From: Gammaproteobacteria bacterium
Lineage (GTDB): Bacteria; Pseudomonadota; Gammaproteobacteria; Pseudomonadales; Azotimanducaceae
DNA length: 64,000 nt
Direction: 5' to 3'
Assembly (NCBI GenBank): GCA_004357385.1
Contig: SMWF01000003.1
Coordinates: 50,635 to 114,634 of the forward strand
A program made the position numbers and the translations under genes. Shown piece by piece: positions 18,723-29,369 of this stretch (positions are counted from its first letter, which is position 1; each line of letters opens with the position of its first letter). The notes under the pieces were generated by a model. The model made no database searches, was not told where the DNA came from, and worked only from the letters and a program-made list of their open reading frames with translations.

Positions 18723-19277
18723 ATGGCTCACTGGAAAAGCCGAACCTTACTGCTGGTGGTATTGAGCGACGTGTTTCGCAGCCGCGGCTACGAAGGTGCA
18801 ACGCTCGCTGAGCTTGCCCGTGCCGCCGGGCTCGGCAAGGCGAGCCTCTATCATCACTTTCCCGGTGGCAAACCCGAAATGGCGCGCGAGGTGCTCAAGG
18901 CATGCGCCGCCGATCTTGATCGGCGGGCCTACCGGAAGCTGCGCAAGAAGGGCTCCTGGAACGAGCGGATCGCGGCATTCGTCATCGGCTTCGGTGCGTA
19001 TGTCGATGGGGGCGCGCGCAACTGCTTGATGGTCGCGTTGACGGCCAGCGGCAGTGGCGAGACGCTGATCCGCGAGATTGCCCGCTACACGGCCGCCTGG
19101 CTGGACGAGTTGACCGATGTATTTGTCGAGTCGGGATTGCCCCGCAAGCGGGCTGCGCGCAGCGCCAAGGAGTTGCTCGGCCGCCTGTACGGAGCGCTGG
19201 CCCTGGCCCAGATGCTGGACAAACCCAAAGTGTACCGGCAAGCCATCAAACGCCTGCGCGACCAGCTGCAAAGCTGA
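18723..19277 (+). CDS. TetR/AcrR-family transcriptional regulator
   Basis: HTH block FRSRGYEGATLAELARAAGLGKASLYHHFPGGK. Start re-placed at MAHWK (18723). Confidence 0.8.
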   Translation: MAHWKSRTLLLVVLSDVFRSRGYEGATLAELARAAGLGKASLYHHFPGGKPEMAREVLKACAADLDRRAYRKLRKKGSWNERIAAFVIGFGAYVDGGARNCLMVALTASGSGETLIREIARYTAAWLDELTDVFVESGLPRKRAARSAKELLGRLYGALALAQMLDKPKVYRQAIKRLRDQLQS

Positions 19278-19304
19278 AGCAATCCGCAAGGGAGGCGCCG
19301 AAGC

Positions 19305-20753
19305 TCAGCGCCACAAGCCGTGATAGAGGCTCACCCAGTCGAGCAGTCGGCGAGGCGCATGCTTGCGACGCCAGTCACCCGCAACGAATTTGTTCAGCTC
19401 AGCGAGCGTCGGGTAGCTGTGAATGGTGCCCATGATCGCTTTCAGGCCGTAGCCGTGGGTCAGTGCCGCCACGTATTCCGTGATCAACTCCCCGGCTCCG
19501 GGCGCAACGATGGTCGCGCCCAGCACCCGATCCTTGCCCGGCACGGTGAGTACCTTGATGAACCCATGGTCACTGCCATCGGCAACGGCGCGGTCCACGT
19601 CGGCCAGCTCGTGACGGGTCACCTCGAAGGCGACGCCCTGGGCCCTGGCGTCGGCCTCGGAGAGCCCCACCCGCGCCACTTCGGGATCGGTGAAGGTGAC
19701 CCAGGGCACCACCGAATAGTTGACCTTGAAGCGCCACAGCCGGCCGAACAACGCATTGACGCTGGCGTACCAGGCCTGGTGCGAAGCCATGTGAGTGAAC
19801 TGATAAGGGCCGGTCAGATCACCGCAGGCATAGATGTTGGGCACGCTGGTGCGCAGGTAGCGATCCACGCGCACCGTGCCACTGGGATTCGTTTCGATAC
19901 CGAGCGCATCCAGCCCCAGCGACTCCGTATGCGCGCGCCGGCCGACCGCGACCAGCACCTGGTCGAACTCGAGCTCGACCGATCCCTCCGCAGTCGATGC
20001 CCGCAGCCGGTGACCGCCGGCATCGCTCAGAAACGCCTCCGCGCGATGGCCGGTGAGCACCTGCACGCCTTCCTGACGCAGTACGCTCCCGAGTGATGCG
20101 GAGACCTCCGGGTCTTCCCGGGGCAACAGCCGGTCTTCCATGTCGATCAGGGTGACCGTGCTGCCGAGTCGAGAAAACGCCTGAGCCAGCTCGCAGCCGA
20201 TGGGTCCGGCACCCATCACCAGCAGCCGGGCGGGCAGTTCGGTCAGCGACCAGAGGGTGTCCGAGGTCAGCACCGGCACGTCATCGATCCCAGGAACGGG
20301 TGGTACGAAAGGCGTCGCGCCGGTCGCCAGCACGATGTTGCGGGCCGTGATGGATTGCTCGCCCACCGCGACCGTCCACGGGTCCACCAGACGAGCCTCA
20401 CCGTGCAGGCAGTCCACGCCCAGGGACGTGTAGCGTTCCACCGAATCGTTCGGCGCGATCTTCGCTATCGCGGCATGCACCCGCGCCATGACTGCCCGGA
20501 AGTCCACGTCCGGTTCCATCGCGCCGATCCCAAACCGCTCGGCATCGCGCAGCGTATGCGCCACCTTCGCCGAGCGGATCAACGTTTTGCTGGGTACGCA
20601 CCCGGTGTTCAGGCAATCGCCACCCATTGCGCTTCGCTCGATGAGCGTGACTCTGGCGCGTACCGTGGCCGCGATCAGAGAAGCGATCAACCCCGCGGAT
20701 CCAGCCCCGATCACGATCAGGTTGGTGTCGAAACGTCGGGGTCTAGTCGTCAT
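19305..20753 (-). CDS. FAD-dependent pyridine nucleotide-disulfide oxidoreductase (dihydrolipoamide dehydrogenase / mercuric reductase-like)
   Basis: GAGSAG FAD motif, redox-active GGDCLNTGCVPSK, and a C-terminal dimerisation domain ending in HSYPTLAE. Confidence 0.85.
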   Translation of the reverse strand: MTTRPRRFDTNLIVIGAGSAGLIASLIAATVRARVTLIERSAMGGDCLNTGCVPSKTLIRSAKVAHTLRDAERFGIGAMEPDVDFRAVMARVHAAIAKIAPNDSVERYTSLGVDCLHGEARLVDPWTVAVGEQSITARNIVLATGATPFVPPVPGIDDVPVLTSDTLWSLTELPARLLVMGAGPIGCELAQAFSRLGSTVTLIDMEDRLLPREDPEVSASLGSVLRQEGVQVLTGHRAEAFLSDAGGHRLRASTAEGSVELEFDQVLVAVGRRAHTESLGLDALGIETNPSGTVRVDRYLRTSVPNIYACGDLTGPYQFTHMASHQAWYASVNALFGRLWRFKVNYSVVPWVTFTDPEVARVGLSEADARAQGVAFEVTRHELADVDRAVADGSDHGFIKVLTVPGKDRVLGATIVAPGAGELITEYVAALTHGYGLKAIMGTIHSYPTLAELNKFVAGDWRRKHAPRRLLDWVSLYHGLWR

Positions 20754-21435
20754 CGCCGGTCCGCCGCTGGGTCCAGATTGCCATCAGTTTGCGTGCCGCC
20801 AGCGGAAACAAGCCCAACAGCGACAGGGCAACGATGAGTTGCAGGCTCAGCACGTCACCAAGCACGTGTACCTGGGCCAGCTGGGTTCCGGCGTACACGA
20901 ATACCAGGGTGCCGGCCAGCATGCCCACCTGACTGACGAGATAGAAAGAAAGCGCGCTGATCCGAGTGAGGCCCATCAGCAGGTTGACCACGAAGAACGG
21001 GAACAGTGGCACCATGCGAATGCTGAACAGATAGAAATTACCATCCTTTTCGAAGCCGCGATCGATGCCCTCCAGGTATCCACCGAAGCGGCGGCGCACC
21101 CATTCGTGGAGCAGGCTTCGCGAGATCAGAAACGCAAGGGTTGCACCGATGCTGCTGGCAAAGGACACCAATACCAGCCCCCACAGCGTGCCGAACACGG
21201 CACCGCCCGCCAGGGTCATCACCGCCGCGCCCGGCAGTGACAGGCTCGTCACCAACACGTAGATCCCGAAATAGATCGCCGAACTGGCGATCGGCTGCGC
21301 GTCGACCCGACCAACGATCACCTCCCGGCTCGCCTGCAGATACTCCAGCGTGAGAAAGCGGCCAACATCGGCGACGAAGAACAATGTCACCAGCGCCAGG
21401 ACCGCCAGCGCGATCAGCAACTGCTTTCGGCTCAT
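20743..21435 (-). CDS. TVP38/TMEM64 (DedA-related) family inner-membrane protein
   Basis: 230 aa, multi-TM. Family block LPGAAVMTLAGGAVFG. Its 3' end overlaps the start of the downstream oxidoreductase gene by 11 nt. Confidence 0.8.
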   Translation of the reverse strand: MSRKQLLIALAVLALVTLFFVADVGRFLTLEYLQASREVIVGRVDAQPIASSAIYFGIYVLVTSLSLPGAAVMTLAGGAVFGTLWGLVLVSFASSIGATLAFLISRSLLHEWVRRRFGGYLEGIDRGFEKDGNFYLFSIRMVPLFPFFVVNLLMGLTRISALSFYLVSQVGMLAGTLVFVYAGTQLAQVHVLGDVLSLQLIVALSLLGLFPLAARKLMAIWTQRRTGDDD

Positions 21436-21496
21436 CCGGATAATCCCTTACTATTCACCCGCTCGTCTCGTCCGCCTGCGCACATTCACCACCTGA

Positions 21497-22507
<1,011 letters not shown>

Positions 22508-22733
22508 GACCACCCGGCGGACACATGACGTGACAGGGGCGGCTGGGGAGCGCTCGCGAACCCATTGGGCACCGCATTCTTCCTCTCAGCAACGCGCGAA
22601 GCCAAAGGGCCGAGCGCGCCGACGGTGCGAACGATGCGACGTTATGTGCAATCACGCACGTTCACACTCTTGAAGTTCGCGCGATCGCCCTCAATAACGC
22701 TAAACTGCACCTGCAACTCACAGGGAGATACGG

Positions 22734-23060
22734 ATGAGCGACCACATCGTCCACGTGACAGATTCCAGTTTCGAAGCCGATGTATTGGGTTCCGACAAGC
22801 CCGTTCTGGTGGACTATTGGGCGGAATGGTGCGGGCCCTGCAAAATGATTGCGCCCATTCTCAAGGAGATTGCCGAGGAGTATTCGGACCGGGTGAAGGT
22901 CTGCAAGATCGATATCGATGCCAACCAGGAGACGCCGCCGAAGTACGGTATTCGTGGAATTCCGACATTGATGCTGTTCCGGGACGGCGAGGTTGAAGCG
23001 ACCAAAGTCGGCGCGGTGTCGAAGTCTCAGCTCGCTGCATTTCTGGACAGCAACATCTGA
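22734..23060 (+). CDS. trxA: Thioredoxin 1
   Basis: 108 aa with the active site WAEWCGPCK. Confidence 0.97.
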   Translation: MSDHIVHVTDSSFEADVLGSDKPVLVDYWAEWCGPCKMIAPILKEIAEEYSDRVKVCKIDIDANQETPPKYGIRGIPTLMLFRDGEVEATKVGAVSKSQLAAFLDSNI

Positions 23061-23082
23061 TCGATCTGTCGAAACTCAAGGT

Positions 23083-23108
23083 GGGTCCCGGGAATGGGAC
23101 CCATTTGG
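23083..23108 (+). terminator. Hairpin after trxA
   Basis: GGGTCCC-gggaat-GGGACCC followed by ATTTGG. The U-tract is weak. Confidence 0.4.
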
Positions 23109-23347
23109 CATTTACACGAGCGCAAACCACCGACAATAGCCTCTAGACGCACCGATTCAGTGGTGGTAGATTCTTGCCACCAGCGTCGAGTCGATCGCGC
23201 TGCGCCCTTCGCGAATTCTCCAAGAACCTGAGGCCTGCGCACCATTCACGCGCGGACCGTACCGAGAGACTGACGCGTCAGGCGCCCGGCAACCACTCGA
23301 CACAGCAAACCTCTTTCTTGAATTTTTTCCGCAGTATTCGTGTACCT

Positions 23348-24607
23348 ATGAACCTTACCGACCTCAAAAGAAAGCCCGTTGGAGACCTCATCGACATGGC
23401 CCAGGAGATGGGCTGCGAGAACATCACCCGGTCGCGCAAGCAGGAAGTAATCGCGGCGATCCTGCGCAAGCAGGCGAAGAGAGGCGAAGACATCTACGGT
23501 GATGGAACGCTGGAGATTCTCCAGGACGGGTTCGGATTCCTCCGCTCGGCGGACTCCTCCTATCTCGCCGGGCCCGACGACATCTACGTCTCACCCAGCC
23601 AGATCCGGCGCTTCAATCTGCGCACCGGAGACTCGATCGCCGGCAAGATCCGCCCGCCGAAGGACAGCGAGCGCTACTTCGCGCTGCTGAAAGTCGACGA
23701 GATCAATCTCAGCGAGCCGAGCAGCAAGAAACACAAGATTCTGTTCGAGAACCTGACGCCGCTGTTTCCCGATGAGCGCTTCGTACTGGAGCGCGGTAAC
23801 GGCAGCAGCGAAGACCTGATGGGGCGAATCGTCGACCTGATCGCACCCGTCGGCAAAGGGCAACGCGGCCTGATCGTCTCTCCGCCGAAAGCCGGTAAGA
23901 CGCTGATGCTGCAGAGCATCGCCCAGGCCATCACCGCCAACAACCCGGACGCGACCCTAATGGTGCTGCTGATCGACGAGCGCCCCGAAGAAGTTACCGA
24001 GATGCAGCGCTCGGTGCGTGGCGAGGTGGTCGCCAGCACCTTCGATGAGCCCCCCTCGCGACACGTTCAGGTCGCGGAGATGGTGATCGAGAAGGCCAAG
24101 CGTCTGGTCGAGCACAAGAAAGACGTGGTGATCCTGCTCGACTCCATCACCCGCCTGGCCCGCGCCTACAACACCATCGTGCCTTCGTCGGGGAAAGTAC
24201 TGACCGGCGGCGTGGATGCCCACGCCCTGGAACGGCCGAAGCGCTTCTTCGGCGCCGCGCGCAACATCGAAGAAGGCGGTAGTCTGACCATCCTCGCCAC
24301 CGCACTGGTCGATACCGGCTCGAAGATGGACGAGGTGATTTACGAAGAGTTCAAGGGCACCGGCAACTGGGAAGTGCACCTGGAACGCAAGATCGCCGAG
24401 AAGCGGGTCTATCCGGCCATCAACATTCGTCGTTCGGGTACCCGGCGGGAAGAGCGGTTGATGGGTGAAGACGAACTGAAGCGGGTGTGGATTCTGCGCA
24501 AGCTGCTGCACGACATGGACGATATCGCTGCGATCGAGTTCATGCTGGACAGACTGAAGGAGACCAAGACCAACGCCGAGTTCTTCGGCATGATGAAAGG
24601 CAAATAG
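23348..24607 (+). CDS. rho: Transcription termination factor Rho
   Basis: [19 protein letters not shown]-terminus, Walker A PPKAGKT and the RNA-binding domain. The 287-nt untranslated leader after trxA is typical of rho. The track's upstream extension from 23174 is rejected. Confidence 0.97.
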   Translation: MNLTDLKRKPVGDLIDMAQEMGCENITRSRKQEVIAAILRKQAKRGEDIYGDGTLEILQDGFGFLRSADSSYLAGPDDIYVSPSQIRRFNLRTGDSIAGKIRPPKDSERYFALLKVDEINLSEPSSKKHKILFENLTPLFPDERFVLERGNGSSEDLMGRIVDLIAPVGKGQRGLIVSPPKAGKTLMLQSIAQAITANNPDATLMVLLIDERPEEVTEMQRSVRGEVVASTFDEPPSRHVQVAEMVIEKAKRLVEHKKDVVILLDSITRLARAYNTIVPSSGKVLTGGVDAHALERPKRFFGAARNIEEGGSLTILATALVDTGSKMDEVIYEEFKGTGNWEVHLERKIAEKRVYPAINIRRSGTRREERLMGEDELKRVWILRKLLHDMDDIAAIEFMLDRLKETKTNAEFFGMMKGK

Positions 24608-24628
24608 CGCCCTTCACCAGGGTAATCC

Positions 24629-25354
24629 ATGACCACGATTACGGCCCGGCTGCTTGCGGTCGAGGAGGCTCGATTGCCCGGAATCGAGCCGCTGAACCCC
24701 GCGGTACAACGACTCCTGTTGAAGTCGACCGGTTTTGAATTTTCGGCCGGCCAGTACATTTACCTCCACGCCGGCCAACGACGCCTCCCACTGTCCATCG
24801 CCAGCGCACCTACCCGTCTCCCGGAACTGGAACTGCACTACCGATCGACCCCGGGCGATGCGGACGCAGCGGCGCTGGATGCACTGCTGCCACGCGCCCG
24901 GGACCTAACATTTGATGGCCCCCACGGCAACGTCGTGGTGACCGACCCGACCCGCGAGCCGCTGACCCTGATCGCCGGCGGCACCGGGGTTTCCCAGGCG
25001 GCCAGTATCATCGAGCAGTTAGCGGGCACAGGAAAACAACGGCTGCCGGTACAACTCTGGTGGAGTCTGGCCGCGCCGGCCGCGAACTATCGTCTCAGCG
25101 TCATCGAACGGGCTTGCAACGAACCCTGGTTCGCTCTGGAAACGTTGTACGACGATCCGGTCGCGGAGGCGAACGGTGCATTGGCCAGAATTCGTAGCGG
25201 GCGCATCAACCCCGGCCAATACATCCTGTGCGGGGCGCCGGGATTCGTTTACAGCTGTGCCGGGGGGTTGCTCGAGCGTGGCGTCCGCCGAGGTGCGCTG
25301 CGCTCCGACGCATTCGACTATGCGCCGCGATCCGACTGGGCGGCCTGTTCCTGA
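24629..25354 (+). CDS. NAD(P)H-flavin reductase-like (ferredoxin-NADP reductase fold)
   Basis: FAD-binding RLPLSIAS and GTGVSQAASI NAD-binding motifs, about 240 aa, like Fre. The specific function is not certain. Confidence 0.65.
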   Translation: MTTITARLLAVEEARLPGIEPLNPAVQRLLLKSTGFEFSAGQYIYLHAGQRRLPLSIASAPTRLPELELHYRSTPGDADAAALDALLPRARDLTFDGPHGNVVVTDPTREPLTLIAGGTGVSQAASIIEQLAGTGKQRLPVQLWWSLAAPAANYRLSVIERACNEPWFALETLYDDPVAEANGALARIRSGRINPGQYILCGAPGFVYSCAGGLLERGVRRGALRSDAFDYAPRSDWAACS

Positions 25355-26604
25355 GGGTCGAAGGCCGCAACGGACGCTGGAGCGTCCTTGGACCTGGACG
25401 CTGGAGCGTCCTTGGACCTGGACGCTGGAGCGTCCTTGGTCAGCGCGCGCGCCAGATACTCCGCACCTCGCGCTACATCGCCGAGCTTCACGCACAAGCG
25501 GCCCAGCGCGGCATAGACGTCACGTCCAGGGTTGCTGCGCAGGCTCGCTTCGAGGTATTCCCGGGCCTTGTCCCACTGCTCGTTTCGTCCTGCCAGCCGT
25601 CCCAGCGCAAGCAACAGGGGGGCGCTGTTCGGGCGGTCCTTCAACCAACCTTCCGCGGTCTCCAACTGGGCACCGAGGTCGGCGTCAAGGTGACCGTAGC
25701 AGTCCACCAGGCGGTCGTCCCAGGCGCGCTTCAAACCCTCGCGCAGCAGTTGTTCCGCGTCCCGGGGACGACCCTGGGTTGAGCGCGCATTGGCCGCGGC
25801 AACGACCAGTTCGGGGTCGTGCCGCAGTGTTTTCGGTAGCAGGTTCCACACGGCCTCGAACTGGCCGGCCGCATTCGGATCGGCCAGTTGTGCCAGACGT
25901 GCCAGGCACGCGCGGCGCAGCGTCGCATCGAGTTCGTCCCCGGGCAACGCCTTCTGCCGCCTCAAATCGGGTGCGAGTTCCAGCGTCGCCTGCCAGTCAC
26001 CCAGCGCCATGTAGCAGCGCTGCAACATTGCCAGCACCGCGGGGTTGCGAGGGGATTCCCGCTGCAGTTCGAGCAGCGCGGCCAGCGCCTGTTCGTGCTG
26101 GCCGGCGTCCAACTGGAACGCCACGCGCGTCAACGTCACAGCGACCTTCGACCCCGGCGTCTCCGCACGGGCGCGGCCCAGCAGTTCATCGCGTTCTGCA
26201 TAATTACCCAGTGCCTGGGCGGATCGGGCGCCGTGCAGATAATTCACCAACGGCATCCGGGCATCCCGGGCACCGGCCACCAGTAGTTTATGCGCCTCCG
26301 ACCAGCGGCCTTCGGCGCTCAGCAGCAAGCCCTGAATGGTCTGTTTGCGAGCAACCTGTGCCCGGCGCTCCCTATTCCATAGGGCAAGCCCAATGCCACT
26401 GAGCACGAACCGCGACCAGAGATAACTCGCCAAACGCAGGAGCATGTACACCAACAATAGTGTGAACACGCCAAACCAGAGACTCGTTTCGACGCTCATA
26501 TCCGCATAGGCGATCAGCACATACCCTGGATCGCGCGCCACCAAGGCACCGATCACGCCGCCGATCACCAAAGCCGCCAGCAGAATCAGAACCACCCGTT
26601 TCAC
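25318..26604 (-). CDS. hemY: HemY (heme biosynthesis-associated TPR membrane protein)
   Basis: Two N-terminal TM segments followed by TPR repeats. It occupies the position after hemX as in Pseudomonas. The C-terminus carries KDAPASRS repeats. Confidence 0.85.
   Translation of the reverse strand: MKRVVLILLAALVIGGVIGALVARDPGYVLIAYADMSVETSLWFGVFTLLLVYMLLRLASYLWSRFVLSGIGLALWNRERRAQVARKQTIQGLLLSAEGRWSEAHKLLVAGARDARMPLVNYLHGARSAQALGNYAERDELLGRARAETPGSKVAVTLTRVAFQLDAGQHEQALAALLELQRESPRNPAVLAMLQRCYMALGDWQATLELAPDLRRQKALPGDELDATLRRACLARLAQLADPNAAGQFEAVWNLLPKTLRHDPELVVAAANARSTQGRPRDAEQLLREGLKRAWDDRLVDCYGHLDADLGAQLETAEGWLKDRPNSAPLLLALGRLAGRNEQWDKAREYLEASLRSNPGRDVYAALGRLCVKLGDVARGAEYLARALTKDAPASRSKDAPASRSKDAPASVAAFDPQEQAAQSDRGA
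25373..25439. repeat. Perfect 24-bp tandem repeat, 2.8 copies
   Basis: The unit gacgctggagcgtccttggacctg occurs at 25373, 25397 and 25421 (the last copy is partial). Each unit contains the palindrome GACGCT-GG-AGCGTC. Confidence 0.9.
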
Positions 26605-27671
26605 GGCATGGCCTCATCGTCTTCGATGCCATAGCGCGCCAGCGAGCGCAGGTTGGTCAGCGAACCCGAGATGTCCGGCAGCTCGCGATTCAGCCGTAAC
26701 ACCTGTAACGATTGCAACTCGGCGCGGACTTCGATCACCGCCGCGCTCTCGTGGTCGAGATAGTCGTCGAGCCAGGCCAGCGCCGCGGCCACGCTGTGCT
26801 CGTACAGGACGGCGTCGCGGCGCAATACCCCGAGTTGGGCCCGCTCCAACATCAACCGCAGGTTCATTTCCAGATACGTGGCCTCATCGGGACTCAGCAG
26901 CGGCCGCAACCCGCCTTCCGGATACCTGCGAATCTCGACGAATGAACCGAGCCGGTCGAGAAGCACTTGCCAGAACGAGCGTTGCGCGCCCGGCTCCACA
27001 GGACGGCGCCGCTCCGCCAGGTACTCCGGCAACTGCAGTGGCAGCTGGTTGAGCATCGCCTTGATCGCCTCGAAACGAAGAAATGCGCCCTGCACATCGA
27101 TCTCCTCGACGTTGCCGAGGGCCAGGCGTTCCTGCGCCAACTGGGCACGTACCGGATACAGCGAATAGTCGTCAAGCCCGGCGAGCACCTCATCGGCCGC
27201 AGCGAGCAGTTTCGCCGCCGCCACCGCGTCGTGTTCCATCAGCAAGCGATGGTTCGCGATTCGCAGCAGGTACTCGACTTCGGCGACCTTCCATTCCCGA
27301 CTGCTGGGCGGGCTCAGACGCAACCCTTCATTGATCCCACGCGCCAACGCCTCCTCGGATTCGAGCCGCGCTTCCAGGTGGGCCTGGACTTCACGTTGCA
27401 GCGCCGCAATCGCCTGCTCGGACGCCTGACGTTGCCCGCTGAGGGCAGCCTGCTGCTCTATTCGTAGCGCCGCAATCTGCCCGTCGATTCCCACCAGCGG
27501 GTCCTGATAGACCGTCAGGTAGTAAAGGTAACCGACACCGCCCACCGCCGTGAGCGCGAGCAACACGGCAAACAGCGCCAACAGCCGCCCGCCCCGCACC
27601 GGTCGAGGTGGGTCCACCGATCCCTCTTCGCTGGGGTCGGGGTCCAGCATTTCCTCCGGCTGCTCACTCAT
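26601..27671 (-). CDS. hemX: HemX (uroporphyrinogen-III C-methyltransferase-like membrane protein)
   Basis: Single TM segment followed by a long coiled-coil periplasmic region. It lies between hemD and hemY, with a 4-nt overlap with hemY. Confidence 0.8.
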   Translation of the reverse strand: MSEQPEEMLDPDPSEEGSVDPPRPVRGGRLLALFAVLLALTAVGGVGYLYYLTVYQDPLVGIDGQIAALRIEQQAALSGQRQASEQAIAALQREVQAHLEARLESEEALARGINEGLRLSPPSSREWKVAEVEYLLRIANHRLLMEHDAVAAAKLLAAADEVLAGLDDYSLYPVRAQLAQERLALGNVEEIDVQGAFLRFEAIKAMLNQLPLQLPEYLAERRRPVEPGAQRSFWQVLLDRLGSFVEIRRYPEGGLRPLLSPDEATYLEMNLRLMLERAQLGVLRRDAVLYEHSVAAALAWLDDYLDHESAAVIEVRAELQSLQVLRLNRELPDISGSLTNLRSLARYGIEDDEAMP

Positions 27672-27685
27672 GTCTTGTCTTACCC

Positions 27686-28459
27686 CTAAGAATCGCTGTC
27701 CGCCAGCAACCGGTCCGTCGCCGCCAGCATCGCGTGATCGCCGGGCCCTTCGGCCACCGCAACCGCGGTGAAACCAAGCCCCGTCAACTCGTGGGCAATT
27801 CGCTCAGAACCCGCGACCAGGCGCAGACGCCGCTCGCCCGCGCTCGGCAACAGGTGCGCGAGTGCATCGCCCGCTTCAGCACTGGCAATCAGCGTGACAT
27901 CGACCGCCGCCAGCTCCGTGGCTAGCGGTTCCGCCGCAAACGTGGCAGGCACACGACGGTACACCTCGAACCTCACAACCTCCGCGCCGCGCCGACGCAG
28001 CTCCCGGGCCAGCAACCGTCGTCCACCCACCCCGCACAGCATCAGCACCCGTCGCCCGGACACTTCGCCGGGCACTGCGCCGGAAAGTATACCTTCCGAG
28101 CTTTCCGCTTCGGGCACCTCTGCCTGCACACCAAACTGGGTAAGCGCCTTGGCCGTCGCCGCGCCTACCGCGATCCAGCGCGGCGCAGCCGACGCCTTTC
28201 CTGGCACGGGAGCCTGCCCGGGCGCCTGCGCGAGGATCAGCGGCAGCGCGAAACGTACCGCGTGTGCCGACACCGCGATGATCAGATCAAAGGACGCAGC
28301 CTCCCGCGCCAGGAGGCTCAGTTCGGGGTCGAGGCAGCCCTCGATGCACAGCAGCGGCCGTTTGACGACCCGATAGCCAGCGCTGTCGAGGCGCGCCGCC
28401 AAACGGCTGGCGCCGGGTTCGGTGCGCGTGACCCAGACGGTACCGCGGTCACTGGCCAT
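27686..28459 (-). CDS. hemD: Uroporphyrinogen-III synthase
   Basis: Start re-placed at MASDRGTVWVTRTEPGA (28459), which overlaps the hemC 3' end by 11 nt. HemD-family layout. Confidence 0.85.
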   Translation of the reverse strand: MASDRGTVWVTRTEPGASRLAARLDSAGYRVVKRPLLCIEGCLDPELSLLAREAASFDLIIAVSAHAVRFALPLILAQAPGQAPVPGKASAAPRWIAVGAATAKALTQFGVQAEVPEAESSEGILSGAVPGEVSGRRVLMLCGVGGRRLLARELRRRGAEVVRFEVYRRVPATFAAEPLATELAAVDVTLIASAEAGDALAHLLPSAGERRLRLVAGSERIAHELTGLGFTAVAVAEGPGDHAMLAATDRLLADSDS

Positions 28460-29369
28460 GCAGCGATTCGAGCAGCTCGGTGGCACCCCGGGCACGCAAC
28501 TCGTCGGCGGCCTGGGCTCCCGCGTCCTCGGGATCCGAAGCCGTTGCCTCCGCATGCAGCAGGGTCACACCGTCCGGACTTCCAACCCGTGCTCGTACGA
28601 ACACACCACGCTCACCGCACTCGGCATAGGCGGCCACCGGCAGGGAGCAGTCCGCGTTCAGGCCTCGGCTCACGGCGCGCTCGGCCGTCACACATCGTGC
28701 AACGTCCGGGTCATTCAACGGTTGCAGCAAGGCAATCAGGTCAGCACGGTCGGCGCGGCACTCGATGCCAATCGCCCCCTGGCCCGCTGCCGGGAGACTG
28801 ACCTCGAGGTCCAGATACTCGGTCACCCGCCCGGAGAGCCCGAGCCGTTCGAGCCCCGCACTGGCAAGCACCAATGCGTCGTAGTCACCGGCATCGAGCT
28901 TGTCGAGGCGCGTGTTCACGTTGCCCCGGATCGGTTCGACACGCAGATCACGACGCAGGTGTCGCAGCTGCGCGGCCCGGCGCAAGCTCGCCGTTCCAAT
29001 CCGCGCCGACTCCGGCAGCGCAGCCAGTGGGGCTCCCGTTCTGCTGACCAACACGTCACGCACATCGGCGCGATAGCCGATCGCCCCCAGCACGAACGGG
29101 TCCGGTAGTGCTGCCGGCACGTCTTTCATCGAATGCACCGCCAAGTCCGCCGTCCCGTCGAGCATCGCCTGCTCCAGCTCTTTGACGAACAGACCCTTAC
29201 CACCGACTTCGCTGAGCGGCGCGGACAACCAGCGATCACCGCTGGTGACAAACCCCACCAGCTCGACCTCGAGACCCGGGTGGGCAGTTTCCAGCGCAGC
29301 CTTGATGTGTTCCGCCTGCCACAACGCCAGCGGGCTCTTGCGGGTCGCGATGCGCAGGCGCCGGTTCAC
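28449..29369 (-). CDS. hemC: Hydroxymethylbilane synthase (porphobilinogen deaminase)
   Basis: RIATRKSPLALWQA N-terminus and the TSGD and GNVNTRL blocks. Confidence 0.95.
   Translation of the reverse strand: MNRRLRIATRKSPLALWQAEHIKAALETAHPGLEVELVGFVTSGDRWLSAPLSEVGGKGLFVKELEQAMLDGTADLAVHSMKDVPAALPDPFVLGAIGYRADVRDVLVSRTGAPLAALPESARIGTASLRRAAQLRHLRRDLRVEPIRGNVNTRLDKLDAGDYDALVLASAGLERLGLSGRVTEYLDLEVSLPAAGQGAIGIECRADRADLIALLQPLNDPDVARCVTAERAVSRGLNADCSLPVAAYAECGERGVFVRARVGSPDGVTLLHAEATASDPEDAGAQAADELRARGATELLESLHGQ

Noticed and set aside
23174-23347. The N-terminal extension of the rho ORF given in the track.
   Set aside because: Rho family proteins begin at MNLTDLK… The extension is Arg/Ser-rich and corresponds to the usual long untranslated rho leader.
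25373-25439. A regularly spaced repeat that might be a CRISPR array.
   Set aside because: The units are directly adjacent with no spacers, number only 2.8 copies, and lie in frame inside the hemY coding region.
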